This document shows, piece by piece, positions 1 to 8,395 of a stretch of DNA of 64,000 nt. The stretch spans positions 48,196 to 112,195 of the forward strand of contig JACPEJ010000001.1 in the NCBI GenBank assembly GCA_016183565.1, written 5' to 3'. Every line of letters starts with the position of its first letter. Positions within the stretch are counted from its first letter, which is position 1. The position numbers were made by a program, and so were the translations under genes. The notes below the pieces were generated by a model that worked only from the letters and a program-made list of their open reading frames with translations, searched no databases and had not been told where the DNA came from. This DNA comes from Candidatus Blackburnbacteria bacterium (GTDB lineage: Bacteria > Patescibacteriota > Microgenomatia > UBA8517 > UBA10165).

Positions 1-1
1 T

Positions 2-2263
2 CCGAATAATCCCTTTTATTTTGTAAAAAGAATGGAGGAAGTTGTAACTCTCACGTTTACATTCAACCCAGAGCAAAGAGAGGTTACTCGGTTACAGCTT
101 GCAGGAGAAAGACTGCATGAGATGGAAACGGTTGCCCAGGCAGGAAACATAGACACAGTTGAGTCTCTTGTGGAAAATTATCGTGACACAGCTTCCACAA
201 TTGCTGACAACTTAGAAAGTCTAGGAAACCAGGGTCGTGATGTTTCTAGTCTTTCCACGGAAGTTGATGAAGAATTTTCAAGACATAAACTAGTACTTGA
301 GGAGGTTGCTCTTATAGTTCCTCCTGAGGCTGAAGATGGTATACAAACTGCTTTGGCAGCAAGTGAGAGAGCAGTGGATACGGTTGCAGACGTTCGCGGT
401 CAGCTAGCTATGCCAGATGAAGTAGTACAAAGGCTTCAAGCTCTTAAGGCTGTTGGTATATTAAGTGAGGAGGAGGTAACAAAACTAGTAAGCGTTGGCT
501 CACGACAAGAGGCGCGAGAGGAGATGCGAAAGTATGTTAGAGAAAATCTTATTCCTGAATCTGACTTTTTGAAATTTGACCAAACTGCTGCACGTAGATT
601 TCCACAAGCTTTTTATACTAATCTTGAGATGAAGAAATTTGAGGAACTTAGAGCTTTGGAAACAGAAAAGCCAGATGATCAAACACTTGCTAGAGTACAG
701 GAGTTTGCTAGGGAGTATAAGCCTGGTGATATGGTTCCTCAGGATTTGCGGCGTTGGTGGGTTCCGATGGTCAGACTTGAGGAGCTTCAAAATACAATAA
801 GGCTAGACCTTATACCACAAGATCTTTTAAGAAATCGGCCTGAGGAATTCCAAAAATACCAAGAAATTGTCGAGCGAGTGAGACCAAGAAAAGAGGATGT
901 GGAGTATATAAATAGGATGATACAGCAAAATCCTAATCTTCTTAATGACCCTTCATATGCCCGTGTTAAGGCTCTGGCTGATAAATTCGGATCGATTGAG
1001 GGGCAACCCCCTAGTGGCAGGCCAGTACAAGACTGTGGTACAGGTTCTCACTGGGTTAATATTCCCTATATGCCTCAAGGAGGATATTGTGTACCAAATT
1101 ACGATTTTCCTGCACCAAGAGACAGTTCTGAGCAAGCGTGCCCTTCCGGTTACCACAGACCTTTTCCAGGAGCTGCTTGTTATTCAGATGATTCAAGTTC
1201 CGGTCGCAGAGGCATTGACACAGCCCCTGGAACCTGTCCGGCTGGATACAACTGGGTTACAGGATCAAGAGGAAGTAGTGGCTATTGTGCTCCTAAAACC
1301 ATAACAGATGGCGATGGCTTCCCCAGCCCAATTTATGTTGGCTATTGTTTGCCCGGTCAAACTTTTGTAGATGGAAAGTGCGAAACATATAATCCTCCAC
1401 CTAAAGAAGGGTGCGCTTCGGGTAGTCGGTGGAATGGTAGTCAGTGTATAGAGCAAAAAGACTGCGGCCCGGATGGCTATCAAGACCGAAGTGGAGAGTG
1501 CAAACAAATAACTTCAGGCACAGGGAGAATTTGTCCAGCGCCGGCTGAGGGGTGCGGACTGAATGCTGTTTGGGACTCGGTAAATTGTGGTTGTAGGTCA
1601 ACTTTTGATCCTCGGCTAGGCAGCCCACAATCCGGTGGAGGTCAATACCAAGGACCCAGCCGCGAGCAGCAAGAAGCTACTTGTCGAGCGGGTGGGGGTA
1701 CGTGTGTCAGTTGGGTTAATGGAGCTTGTGGCTGTGAACGTTCGGGGGGAGGTGGTTCCACTGGTTCCGTGGGTTCCAAGTGCGGAGATGGGTATGACTG
1801 GAATGGTAGCTATTGTTATCCAAGAGGAGGGAGCTCAGGAGGTAATTCCACAGGTTCTGGATCAAGTAGCTCTCAACAAGAAGCAGCCTGTAGGGCGGGA
1901 GGTGGTACATGTGTATCTTGGGTCAATGGAGCTTGTGGCTGTGAACGTTCATCGGGAGGTAGTAATTCTGGTGGAGGTAGCTATTCGGGTGGTTCGTCGT
2001 CTGGTGGGTCATATTCTGGAGGCGGTTCATACTCAGGTAGTGGTGGCAGTTACAGCGGAGGTAATTATTCAGGAGATGGTGGTACTTATACTCCTCCTCC
2101 GACTGGTTACAACCCGTCCCCGTCTGATTCTAGTTCTTCAGGGAGTTATACTCCTCCTCCATCTGAGCCACAACCGGCGCCAGCACCTGCGCCATCTACT
2201 GAATCAGCACCAGCTCCTGCACCTCTTGAGTCTGCTCCTCCGCCTTCAACTATAACTCAGTAG
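2..2263 (+). CDS. DUF5667-like N-terminal helical domain protein with Cys-rich repeats and Gly/Ser/Pro-rich tail (5' end outside window); probable surface protein
   Basis: Frame is open from base 2 (PNNPFYFVKRME, resembling the DUF5667 P.sPfYf.Kr..E motif); many CxxGxxW..C modules; duplicated QQEAxCRAGGGTCVSWVNGACGCERS block; low-complexity C-terminus. Confidence 0.75.
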   Translation, partial: PNNPFYFVKRMEEVVTLTFTFNPEQREVTRLQLAGERLHEMETVAQAGNIDTVESLVENYRDTASTIADNLESLGNQGRDVSSLSTEVDEEFSRHKLVLEEVALIVPPEAEDGIQTALAASERAVDTVADVRGQLAMPDEVVQRLQALKAVGILSEEEVTKLVSVGSRQEAREEMRKYVRENLIPESDFLKFDQTAARRFPQAFYTNLEMKKFEELRALETEKPDDQTLARVQEFAREYKPGDMVPQDLRRWWVPMVRLEELQNTIRLDLIPQDLLRNRPEEFQKYQEIVERVRPRKEDVEYINRMIQQNPNLLNDPSYARVKALADKFGSIEGQPPSGRPVQDCGTGSHWVNIPYMPQGGYCVPNYDFPAPRDSSEQACPSGYHRPFPGAACYSDDSSSGRRGIDTAPGTCPAGYNWVTGSRGSSGYCAPKTITDGDGFPSPIYVGYCLPGQTFVDGKCETYNPPPKEGCASGSRWNGSQCIEQKDCGPDGYQDRSGECKQITSGTGRICPAPAEGCGLNAVWDSVNCGCRSTFDPRLGSPQSGGGQYQGPSREQQEATCRAGGGTCVSWVNGACGCERSGGGGSTGSVGSKCGDGYDWNGSYCYPRGGSSGGNSTGSGSSSSQQEAACRAGGGTCVSWVNGACGCERSSGGSNSGGGSYSGGSSSGGSYSGGGSYSGSGGSYSGGNYSGDGGTYTPPPTGYNPSPSDSSSSGSYTPPPSEPQPAPAPAPSTESAPAPAPLESAPPPSTITQ

Positions 2264-2278
2264 TGCAGTGCCTAAAAG

Positions 2279-3025
2279 TTAGCGAGGTAAGACTTGGTTA
2301 AAAATCCAAACTATTATTACACCGGATATTAAGAGTAAAGCTTGATACCAGTGATTGTTTCTTTTTTCCTCTTCTAATTCTGGCAAGAGATCGGAGGCGC
2401 CGATATAGAGAAACAGCCCGCCTGCTATAGCAAGTAAAACTCCTAAATTTTTCTCTGAAAAATTCTGAAAAAGAAAAACAAAGGCAACACCCAGGTAAGT
2501 AGCTAGGGCAGAAAAAATATTTACAGCCATTACTTTTAGCCTGCTCCACCCGGCTTTTATCATGAGGCTAAAATCTCCCATCTCATGGGGAATTTCATGA
2601 AGAAACGTTGCGACAGCAACAACTAAACCAAAAGCAGGATTGACTAAGTAGGAAGCAGCTATCGCAACACCATCCATAAAGTTGTGTATGGTGTCTCCTG
2701 CAACCACGAGAGGAAGAGAGGCTTTAAGTGAGCTTCCCCCGCTCTTTTCGTGGTGGTGTAGATGTAATAAGAACTGTTCAAAAAAGAATGCAGATATTAT
2801 TACAATCAGTACAACTTGCAAACCAAGCTCAACGCCTGTATGGTCAATAGCCTCTGGCAAGACATCTAAAAAAGAAACTCCAAGGAGGACTCCGGCTGCA
2901 AAAGGAATTGCGTGAGTAGAGATTGTCTTACCCAATGCTTTTTGAGACAGGATAATTAAACCTCCCAAAAGACCTGCAAGGCTTCCGAGGGTAGCAAGAC
3001 CAAACACAGGAAGAAGTGTTTCCAT
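2279..3025 (-). CDS. ZIP family metal transporter
   Basis: His-rich loop HLHHHE, TM4 GDTIHNFMDG, TM5 HEIPHEMGDF signatures. Confidence 0.92.
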   Translation of the reverse strand: METLLPVFGLATLGSLAGLLGGLIILSQKALGKTISTHAIPFAAGVLLGVSFLDVLPEAIDHTGVELGLQVVLIVIISAFFFEQFLLHLHHHEKSGGSSLKASLPLVVAGDTIHNFMDGVAIAASYLVNPAFGLVVAVATFLHEIPHEMGDFSLMIKAGWSRLKVMAVNIFSALATYLGVAFVFLFQNFSEKNLGVLLAIAGGLFLYIGASDLLPELEEEKRNNHWYQALLLISGVIIVWIFNQVLPR

Positions 3026-3075
3026 CGTAGAACAATTACCGCATAATTACCGCGCTTTTGCCGCAAGGTATCAGA

Positions 3076-3351
3076 TTATCTTTTTTTAAAACCTACTCCG
3101 CCTTCAAGCTTCGCATAGACACCGAATCCGGCTAAAACTGCAGCCATGATAAGCCATTGAGTTGACGCAAGCCAGATGTCTGATCCTAGATACCCAAGTC
3201 CTGCTAGGATAACGGCGATTAATGCTCCAGAAATTAAAACCTGAGAGTAAACTCGCCACAAGATACCATTCGGAACCTTGCTTCGTGGGGTACCATTCTG
3301 CACCCCACTTCGCATTGGTTTGCCTAGAAGATTTGCTTTTTTCGAAGCCAT
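3076..3351 (-). CDS. Small two-TM membrane protein carrying an in-frame palindromic insert
   Basis: ATG at 3351; two hydrophobic helices with DIWLASTQW loop; residues RSGVQNGTPRSKVPNGIL are encoded by two hairpins. Confidence 0.6.
   Translation of the reverse strand: MASKKANLLGKPMRSGVQNGTPRSKVPNGILWRVYSQVLISGALIAVILAGLGYLGSDIWLASTQWLIMAAVLAGFGVYAKLEGGVGFKKR
3259..3311. repeat. Tandem double-hairpin (REP-like) element, copy A
   Basis: caagataccattcggaaccttgcttc + gtggggtaccattctgcaccccactt; similar to 3442-3490 and 3890-3940. Confidence 0.75.
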
Positions 3352-3402
3352 TGTGTCACTTCCTTTGAATCCACTGTAACACACTTTGACTCTTCAGAAC
3401 AA

Positions 3403-3436
3403 GAAACAGGGGCCTTTTTAACGAGGCTCCTGTTTC
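3403..3436 (-). terminator. Intrinsic terminator hairpin downstream of RRM gene
   Basis: gaaacaggggcct/aggctcctgtttc stem followed on minus strand by T-rich run. Confidence 0.6.
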
Positions 3437-3441
3437 AGTTC

Positions 3442-3490
3442 TAGGGTACAAGTCTGCACCCTACTTGGCAAGGCACACTGCGCCTTGCTT
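3442..3490. repeat. Tandem double-hairpin (REP-like) element, copy B
   Basis: tagggtacaagtctgcaccctactt + ggcaaggcacactgcgccttgctt. Confidence 0.8.
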
Positions 3491-3513
3491 GTTGTTCCAA
3501 ACCCAAACCCTAC

Positions 3514-3813
3514 TTACCTACCTCTATCTCGGCGTCCGAAATCTCTTCCGCCTTGAGGTCTTTCTTCTCTAGGCCGTGCAACGTTTACAACAATCTTTCG
3601 TCCGTCGATTTCTTGACCGTTTAAGGTATTAATAGCGTTTTGGGTTTCTTCCTCTGTTGACATTTCAACAAATCCAAATCCTCGGGATCTGCCGTTCATT
3701 CTATCTATAACTACTTCGGCAGACACGACACTTCCAGCCTTCGAAAATAAATCTAAAAGTTGTCTTGATTCAACTGTATAAGGAAGATTTCCTATAAATA
3801 ATCTTGATGCCAC
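3514..3813 (-). CDS. RRM (RNP-1) RNA-binding protein
   Basis: RNP2 LFIGNL, RNP1 RGFGFVEM, Gly/Arg tail; GTG start at 3813 after GGTGGTGAG SD-like site. Confidence 0.95.
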   Translation of the reverse strand: MASRLFIGNLPYTVESRQLLDLFSKAGSVVSAEVVIDRMNGRSRGFGFVEMSTEEETQNAINTLNGQEIDGRKIVVNVARPREERPQGGRDFGRRDRGR

Positions 3814-3889
3814 ACTTCTCACCACCAATCTTAGTCACTTCACGCGTTGGAAAAGCTATCTTGGGGAGTTTCCTTACGAGGCCTTCTAA

Positions 3890-3940
3890 TAGGGTACCAT
3901 TCGGCACCCTACTTAGTAAGGTACAGTACTGTACCTTACT
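3890..3940. repeat. Tandem double-hairpin (REP-like) element, copy C
   Basis: tagggtaccattcggcaccctactt + agtaaggtacagtactgtaccttact. Confidence 0.8.
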
Positions 3941-3989
3941 CCGCAGCGAAAATAATCTGACACCTGTAGTATATCACATGTTTGTCAAG

Positions 3990-5489
3990 TTATCTATTCC
4001 TAACTACTATCCTCTTCTCTACCTTTATCTTGCCTATCATGGTTTCTTCAACAAGTTTTGTTCCTTCCTGCATTAGTTTTAGTTGTTTTTGTTGTTTTTC
4101 CAGATTGCCTCCTTCTTCAATTACTAAGAATCTAAATTTGTCACAACCAAGTGTAGGTGTTGAATAATGCTCACTTCCTGGCACATAAAGATATTTTAAT
4201 GAGGCAGGATAGTTGGAGTATTCACAGGGTACGTATTTATAAACCTTGCGGCCATACCACCAAAAAAGGTATTGATAAGGATAATCGTAGAAAGAAGGCA
4301 TATAGATATAAACGTTAAATCCATCATTTTCTGCGTTTTTGTAAACCCAATCGACAACAGAGATTTTACTGGCTAGAATTCCGGGATCATTTGAGGGATG
4401 AAGGTATTCTGTATACCTTTGTTTAAAAACAAGTAGCTGTGAAGCCATAACCAAAAAAAATATGGGTAGGCCGATTTTCCAAGGCTTGCTAAAAAGTATT
4501 AATAAGGTCGAGGTGAAAAGGAGGGGTGGCAAGTAGGGGTCGTGCCAATCTTGCCAACCTTTGTTTGCAGAGAAGAATAAATAAGAAACAGCAAAAAGGG
4601 CAAGAGTAAGGGAAACAAATTTTTTAGTAAAATCATCTTTCTTTTGCTTAAGCCAAATTAATAAAACTCCAAACAAAAAAATGCTCAAGACCAAGCTTTG
4701 TGGAATCAAAGAATCTCTGATAATTTCCAGGAATGCTTGGGTTACAGTACTAAAGTTGGTTCCAGAAAAAGTACCCAGGGCAGAACCTTGATCAAAATGC
4801 ACTAGAGTGAATACTTGTTTTGGGATTCCTGCTAAAAATAATATGGGAAAGAAAAAATTGGAAAGAATCAGAGTTTTCCATAATAATCGGCCATTTTTGA
4901 CTCCCCATAATCCAACAAGAAAATAAAAGACAAACATTGCTGCTGCACCTGCAACTTCGGTATTAAAAGCAAGTCCGATGGGGATGAAAGCCAAAAAGTA
5001 GCTTTTTTTGTTACCTTCCAGGAAGCTTATTAATAAGAGGATAAGAACCACAGAGAGAAAAACTAAAGGAAAGGGATTAAATGCCCAGCGGGAAGTGTCG
5101 TAAAAAAACCAGAATCCTTGTAGGGCAATTCCTACTAAAAGTCCGGCCTTGGGGGAAACCTTTTTTCCTATCTGCCAGATTAAAAGAGCGGTTGTAGCAA
5201 GACTTAATAAAATAACCATGAACAAAGCACCGAAGGGATGCCCTCCGAAGAGCTTGTAACCTACGGAGATAAAGTAGTACCAGCCGGGACCTGTGTAAAT
5301 TCCTGATATTCCTGTCATTGGGCCTTTAAAAAGGATTTGTCCCCTATCAAAGAGTTCTCTTGCGTGTACTGCATCGTCGCCTTGGTCGATTGTGAAGAAG
5401 AAGTTGTTGTTTTGGATGGGAATAATGCGAAGGATGTATGCAAAGATTAAGATTAAGATAAAAAGGAGCCAAAATAGTTTTTTGCTCAT
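3990..5489 (-). CDS. GT-C fold (ArnT/GT39-like) polyprenyl-sugar glycosyltransferase
   Basis: Multi-TM protein with FTIDQGDD loop after TM1, GPxxYY motif, SRWAFNP motif. Confidence 0.8.
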   Translation of the reverse strand: MSKKLFWLLFILILIFAYILRIIPIQNNNFFFTIDQGDDAVHARELFDRGQILFKGPMTGISGIYTGPGWYYFISVGYKLFGGHPFGALFMVILLSLATTALLIWQIGKKVSPKAGLLVGIALQGFWFFYDTSRWAFNPFPLVFLSVVLILLLISFLEGNKKSYFLAFIPIGLAFNTEVAGAAAMFVFYFLVGLWGVKNGRLLWKTLILSNFFFPILFLAGIPKQVFTLVHFDQGSALGTFSGTNFSTVTQAFLEIIRDSLIPQSLVLSIFLFGVLLIWLKQKKDDFTKKFVSLTLALFAVSYLFFSANKGWQDWHDPYLPPLLFTSTLLILFSKPWKIGLPIFFLVMASQLLVFKQRYTEYLHPSNDPGILASKISVVDWVYKNAENDGFNVYIYMPSFYDYPYQYLFWWYGRKVYKYVPCEYSNYPASLKYLYVPGSEHYSTPTLGCDKFRFLVIEEGGNLEKQQKQLKLMQEGTKLVEETMIGKIKVEKRIVVRNR

Positions 5490-5494
5490 GGGTG

Positions 5495-6382
5495 TCAAAA
5501 TAATTTTCGGATTACCCCGTTTATTAAGTTAGAGTTGGAAGGGATAATTGTTTCAATTTCGTATTTATTGCATATAGCTTGGGCAAATGCACTACAGGCT
5601 CTTGCACCGTGCATCCATTGGGGGTTGTCGTTCATCAAGGACTCAAGTTCGTTTAAGGTTACTTGAGAGAAAATTTCTTCGTTTCTTTTTGCAAAGTTGT
5701 TTGTTTGTATAATCGAGGGATGGTCCGAATCTTCAAAAAGCTTGTTTTTTGAAAGAGTATAAGAAGCAAGACTCATATAGGTCAATTCTCCGCCTGTGTA
5801 AAACGCAATTTTTACTTTTTCTTTTATCTCCGGTAATTTGGGAGTAACAAATTCTATAACACGGGACAGAGTGACACTTGAGTAGGTTTCGTTTATATTT
5901 GAAAATTCTGAGATTATACTTCCTACACCCAAGTCGATGTTGTAGTGGTTACTTGAATCACGGTTTACTATAACTAGTTCTGTAGATCCACCACCGATAT
6001 TGATTAACAGAATTGGTTCATTTGTTGGATATTTTCCTACAAGAGCTAGCTCTAGAAATTCACTTTCTTCCTCTGGGCTGATTAGCCTGAATTCAATGTC
6101 CCCTACTTTTTGTATTCCATCAACCAAGCTTTTAAGAACAATTGGAGAAAGTTTACGGAAAACAGCTGTTGCATAAACGCAAAATTTAACTTTAGGATGT
6201 TTACTTTTTAGTTTTCTTAAAAAGTTTAAAAGGTCGGTCTTGTTGATTTCGGATATGCCTTTTTCGCTAAACCCTTCTTTGAAGGGAATGCTTTTTGTGC
6301 AGGCCAGTTTTAGGTTTGGCTTGTTGTAGGTATAAGCTTTGACACTTGAGGAGCCGAGGTCAATAAGTAGTAACTCTTCCAT
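5495..6382 (-). CDS. Ppx/GppA phosphatase family protein
   Basis: IDLGSSSVK, YATAVFR, ISPEEESE, NIGGGSTE ASKHA motifs. Confidence 0.85.
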   Translation of the reverse strand: MEELLLIDLGSSSVKAYTYNKPNLKLACTKSIPFKEGFSEKGISEINKTDLLNFLRKLKSKHPKVKFCVYATAVFRKLSPIVLKSLVDGIQKVGDIEFRLISPEEESEFLELALVGKYPTNEPILLINIGGGSTELVIVNRDSSNHYNIDLGVGSIISEFSNINETYSSVTLSRVIEFVTPKLPEIKEKVKIAFYTGGELTYMSLASYTLSKNKLFEDSDHPSIIQTNNFAKRNEEIFSQVTLNELESLMNDNPQWMHGARACSAFAQAICNKYEIETIIPSNSNLINGVIRKLF

Positions 6383-6435
6383 TTTTTTCTATTGTAGCAA
6401 CTTGACAAGTAATACTGCGTATGTAAAACTGATTT

Positions 6436-6790
6436 ATTGCGAAAGAAACCCGAACTTATAGAGATAGAGCCACCTATCTAATTGGGGCAGTAGCAAGACG
6501 AAGAAGAAAACTAAAGGAGCTTGCAATTCTTCACAAGAGAGGTGGTTGCATATTTTGTGGTTACTCAAAATATAATGGTGCAACTAGATTTCCATCACAC
6601 AGATCCAACGCACAAGGAGTTTAATTTATCAGTTAGAGGACTCACGCGAAGTTGGGAAAAAATTAAAAAAGAAATCGAAAAGTGTATACTCGTGTGTTAA
6701 AATTGTCACAGAGAAATTCATGCCGGGATAGTGGAACACCCTACTTCGTTTCTAAAAAGGACCAGACAAATCAGGGCTAAAATGATATAA
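6436..6790 (+). pseudogene. HNH endonuclease pseudogene
   Basis: Conceptual translation IAKETRTYRDRATYLIGAVARRRRKLKELAILHKRGGCIFCGYSKYNGA / frameshift at about 6583 / LDFHHTDPTHKEFNLSVRGLTRSWEKIKKEIEKCILVC*NCHREIHAG: CxxC...HH...CxNCH; internal TAA at 6698-6700; no ATG start (ATT). Confidence 0.85.
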
Positions 6791-6809
6791 TATCTCTGCT
6801 CGTTTACAT

Positions 6810-7123
6810 TCCCCGGTAGCTCAGTGGTAGAGCGGAAAGCTGTGTTAGCAGCCTTTGAGGGAAACCTCGGAGTGAAAAGTGGGTGAATTCAGGGAACGTC
6901 CTGAGCTTGTCGAAGGATAACCCTGAGCCAAGGGATGTACCAGACGGTACATCCAAGGTGCAGAGACTAGATGATTACATCCAAAGTCGAGCTTGCCTCG
7001 ACATGAGCGCCCACCACCTAAAGCCAGCTCTTGGTCACGGTGAAGAGATAGTCCATGCCGAAGAATTATTAAATGATTCTGAAAGTAACTTTAAGGTCGT
7101 AGGTTCGAATCCTACCCGGGGAG
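6810..7123 (+). tRNA. tRNA-Asn(GTT) interrupted by a group I intron (exons 6810-6843 and 7086-7123)
   Basis: Joined exons give TCCCCGG acceptor / D arm GCTCAGTGGTAGAGC / anticodon loop CTGTTAA / T arm GTAGGTTCGAATCCTAC / CCGGGGA-G73; CCA not encoded; -10 tataat at 6786. Confidence 0.95.
6844..7085 (+). ncRNA. Group I self-splicing intron (242 nt) between anticodon positions 35 and 36
   Basis: 5' exon ends in U pairing with G in P1 (GCUGU/GCAGC); intron ends in G; gtta can pair with exon 2 taac (P10); P7 halves GCAGAGACUAG (about 6960) and AAGAGAUAGUCC (about 7043); P2 ctttgagg-gaaa-cctcggag. Confidence 0.92.
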
Positions 7124-7129
7124 CAAGAT

Positions 7130-7160
7130 AGGACGCTTAAGGCACAAAGCGTCCTTTTTT
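7130..7160 (+). terminator. Intrinsic terminator after tRNA-Asn
   Basis: aggacgct...agcgtcct stem followed by T run. Confidence 0.7.
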
Positions 7161-7336
7161 GTTGAATTGTCGGGCAATTCTTGATGTTCGAATTTTCCAT
7201 TTTCAAAATTTCCCAAATTTATATCTGGTAAACATCATAAATCTCTTCATAAAAAGTAATTGAAAAATTGGCAATTATTTTGTATGCTAGTGTCATCAAT
7301 TGGTAAGTAGTGTACTTCCACCAAAGGCGGACAAGT

Positions 7337-7504
7337 ATGGAAAAACTCTTAAAACTCAGAGAAGCGGCAGAGATACTGAGCGTTCACCCCAACACCCTTC
7401 GGCTTTGGGATCGCAAGGGTATTTTGGTGGCGGTACGCATTGGGGAGAAGAAAATCAGACGCTATCGTCTTGAGGATATTAAGAGGTTTATCAAGAAAAA
7501 ATAA
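7337..7504 (+). CDS. Excisionase/MerR-like helix-turn-helix protein
   Basis: MEKLLKLREAAEILSVHPNTLRLWDRKGILVAVR..RRY, typical HTH_17/MerR-type; promoter ttgaaa-17-tatgct at 7260-7288. Confidence 0.85.
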   Translation: MEKLLKLREAAEILSVHPNTLRLWDRKGILVAVRIGEKKIRRYRLEDIKRFIKKK

Positions 7505-7505
7505 T

Positions 7506-8336
7506 ATGACCAAAAAACAACAAAAAATTCAAGTTAAAGGTATCGAAATCGTAACCTTTAAAAAGAATGAAAACGACTATATTTCCCTAACTGATATTGC
7601 TCGGTATAAGGACAAAGATCGGAGTGATTACATTTTACAAAACTGGATGAGAACTAGGAGTGCGATTGAATATCTCGGTTTATGGGAAAAACTTTATAAC
7701 CCTAATTTTAATTCCATCGAATTCGATGGGTTTAGAAAACAGTCTGGTTTGAACAGTTTTGTGCTTACTCCTAAGAAATGGATTACTCAAACCAACGCCA
7801 TTGGGATCGTCTCAAAGGCAGGAAGATACGGAGGCACCTATGCTCACTTAGATATTGCTTATGAGTTCGCTTCGTGGATTAGTGCTGAATTTAAACTGTT
7901 TCTAATCAAGGAGTTTCAAAGACTCAAGCAGGAAGAAAACTTGCGACTAGAGCAGGGCTGGGATATCAAGCGTATGCTGGCTAAGATCAATTACAAAATT
8001 CACACTGATGCAGTTAAAGCTCACTTAATTCCTGCCAATATTTCAAAGAACAGGATTAACATGGTTTATGCCAATGAAGCAGATGTACTTAACGTAGCTT
8101 TATTTGGCAAGACGGCTAAGGATTGGCGTGATGAGAATAAGAGTAAGGATGGCAACATCCGCGATTACGCTGATGTTACCCAACTAGTCGTGCTAGCCAA
8201 CCTGGAAGGTATTAATGCAGAGCTGATCCGTCAGGGACTATCTCAACCGGATCGTTTATTACAACTTAATCAAATTGCCATATCCCAGATGCAATCTTTG
8301 CTGGGAAGTAGCAGTGTGAAGAAGTTGAAAGCCTAA
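7506..8336 (+). CDS. KilA-N domain DNA-binding protein
   Basis: DYISLTDIA, NWMR...IEYLGLWE, GRYGGTYAHxDIAxEFASWIS motifs. Confidence 0.92.
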   Translation: MTKKQQKIQVKGIEIVTFKKNENDYISLTDIARYKDKDRSDYILQNWMRTRSAIEYLGLWEKLYNPNFNSIEFDGFRKQSGLNSFVLTPKKWITQTNAIGIVSKAGRYGGTYAHLDIAYEFASWISAEFKLFLIKEFQRLKQEENLRLEQGWDIKRMLAKINYKIHTDAVKAHLIPANISKNRINMVYANEADVLNVALFGKTAKDWRDENKSKDGNIRDYADVTQLVVLANLEGINAELIRQGLSQPDRLLQLNQIAISQMQSLLGSSSVKKLKA

Positions 8337-8395
8337 AATTCAACTGTCCGGAAAAATGTCCGGAAAAACCGGATGGTTCAAAAATAAGAATATAA

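Noticed and set aside
1635-2255. 206-aa alternative-frame ORF
   Set aside because: Shadow of low-complexity Gly/Ser/Pro codons of the real gene
6883-7131. 82-aa ORF in the ORF track
   Set aside because: Lies across the intron core and tRNA exon 2; no endonuclease motif
8345-8372. tgtccggaaaa direct repeat between KilA-N and DUF2130 genes
   Set aside because: Only two 11-bp copies; cannot assign a function
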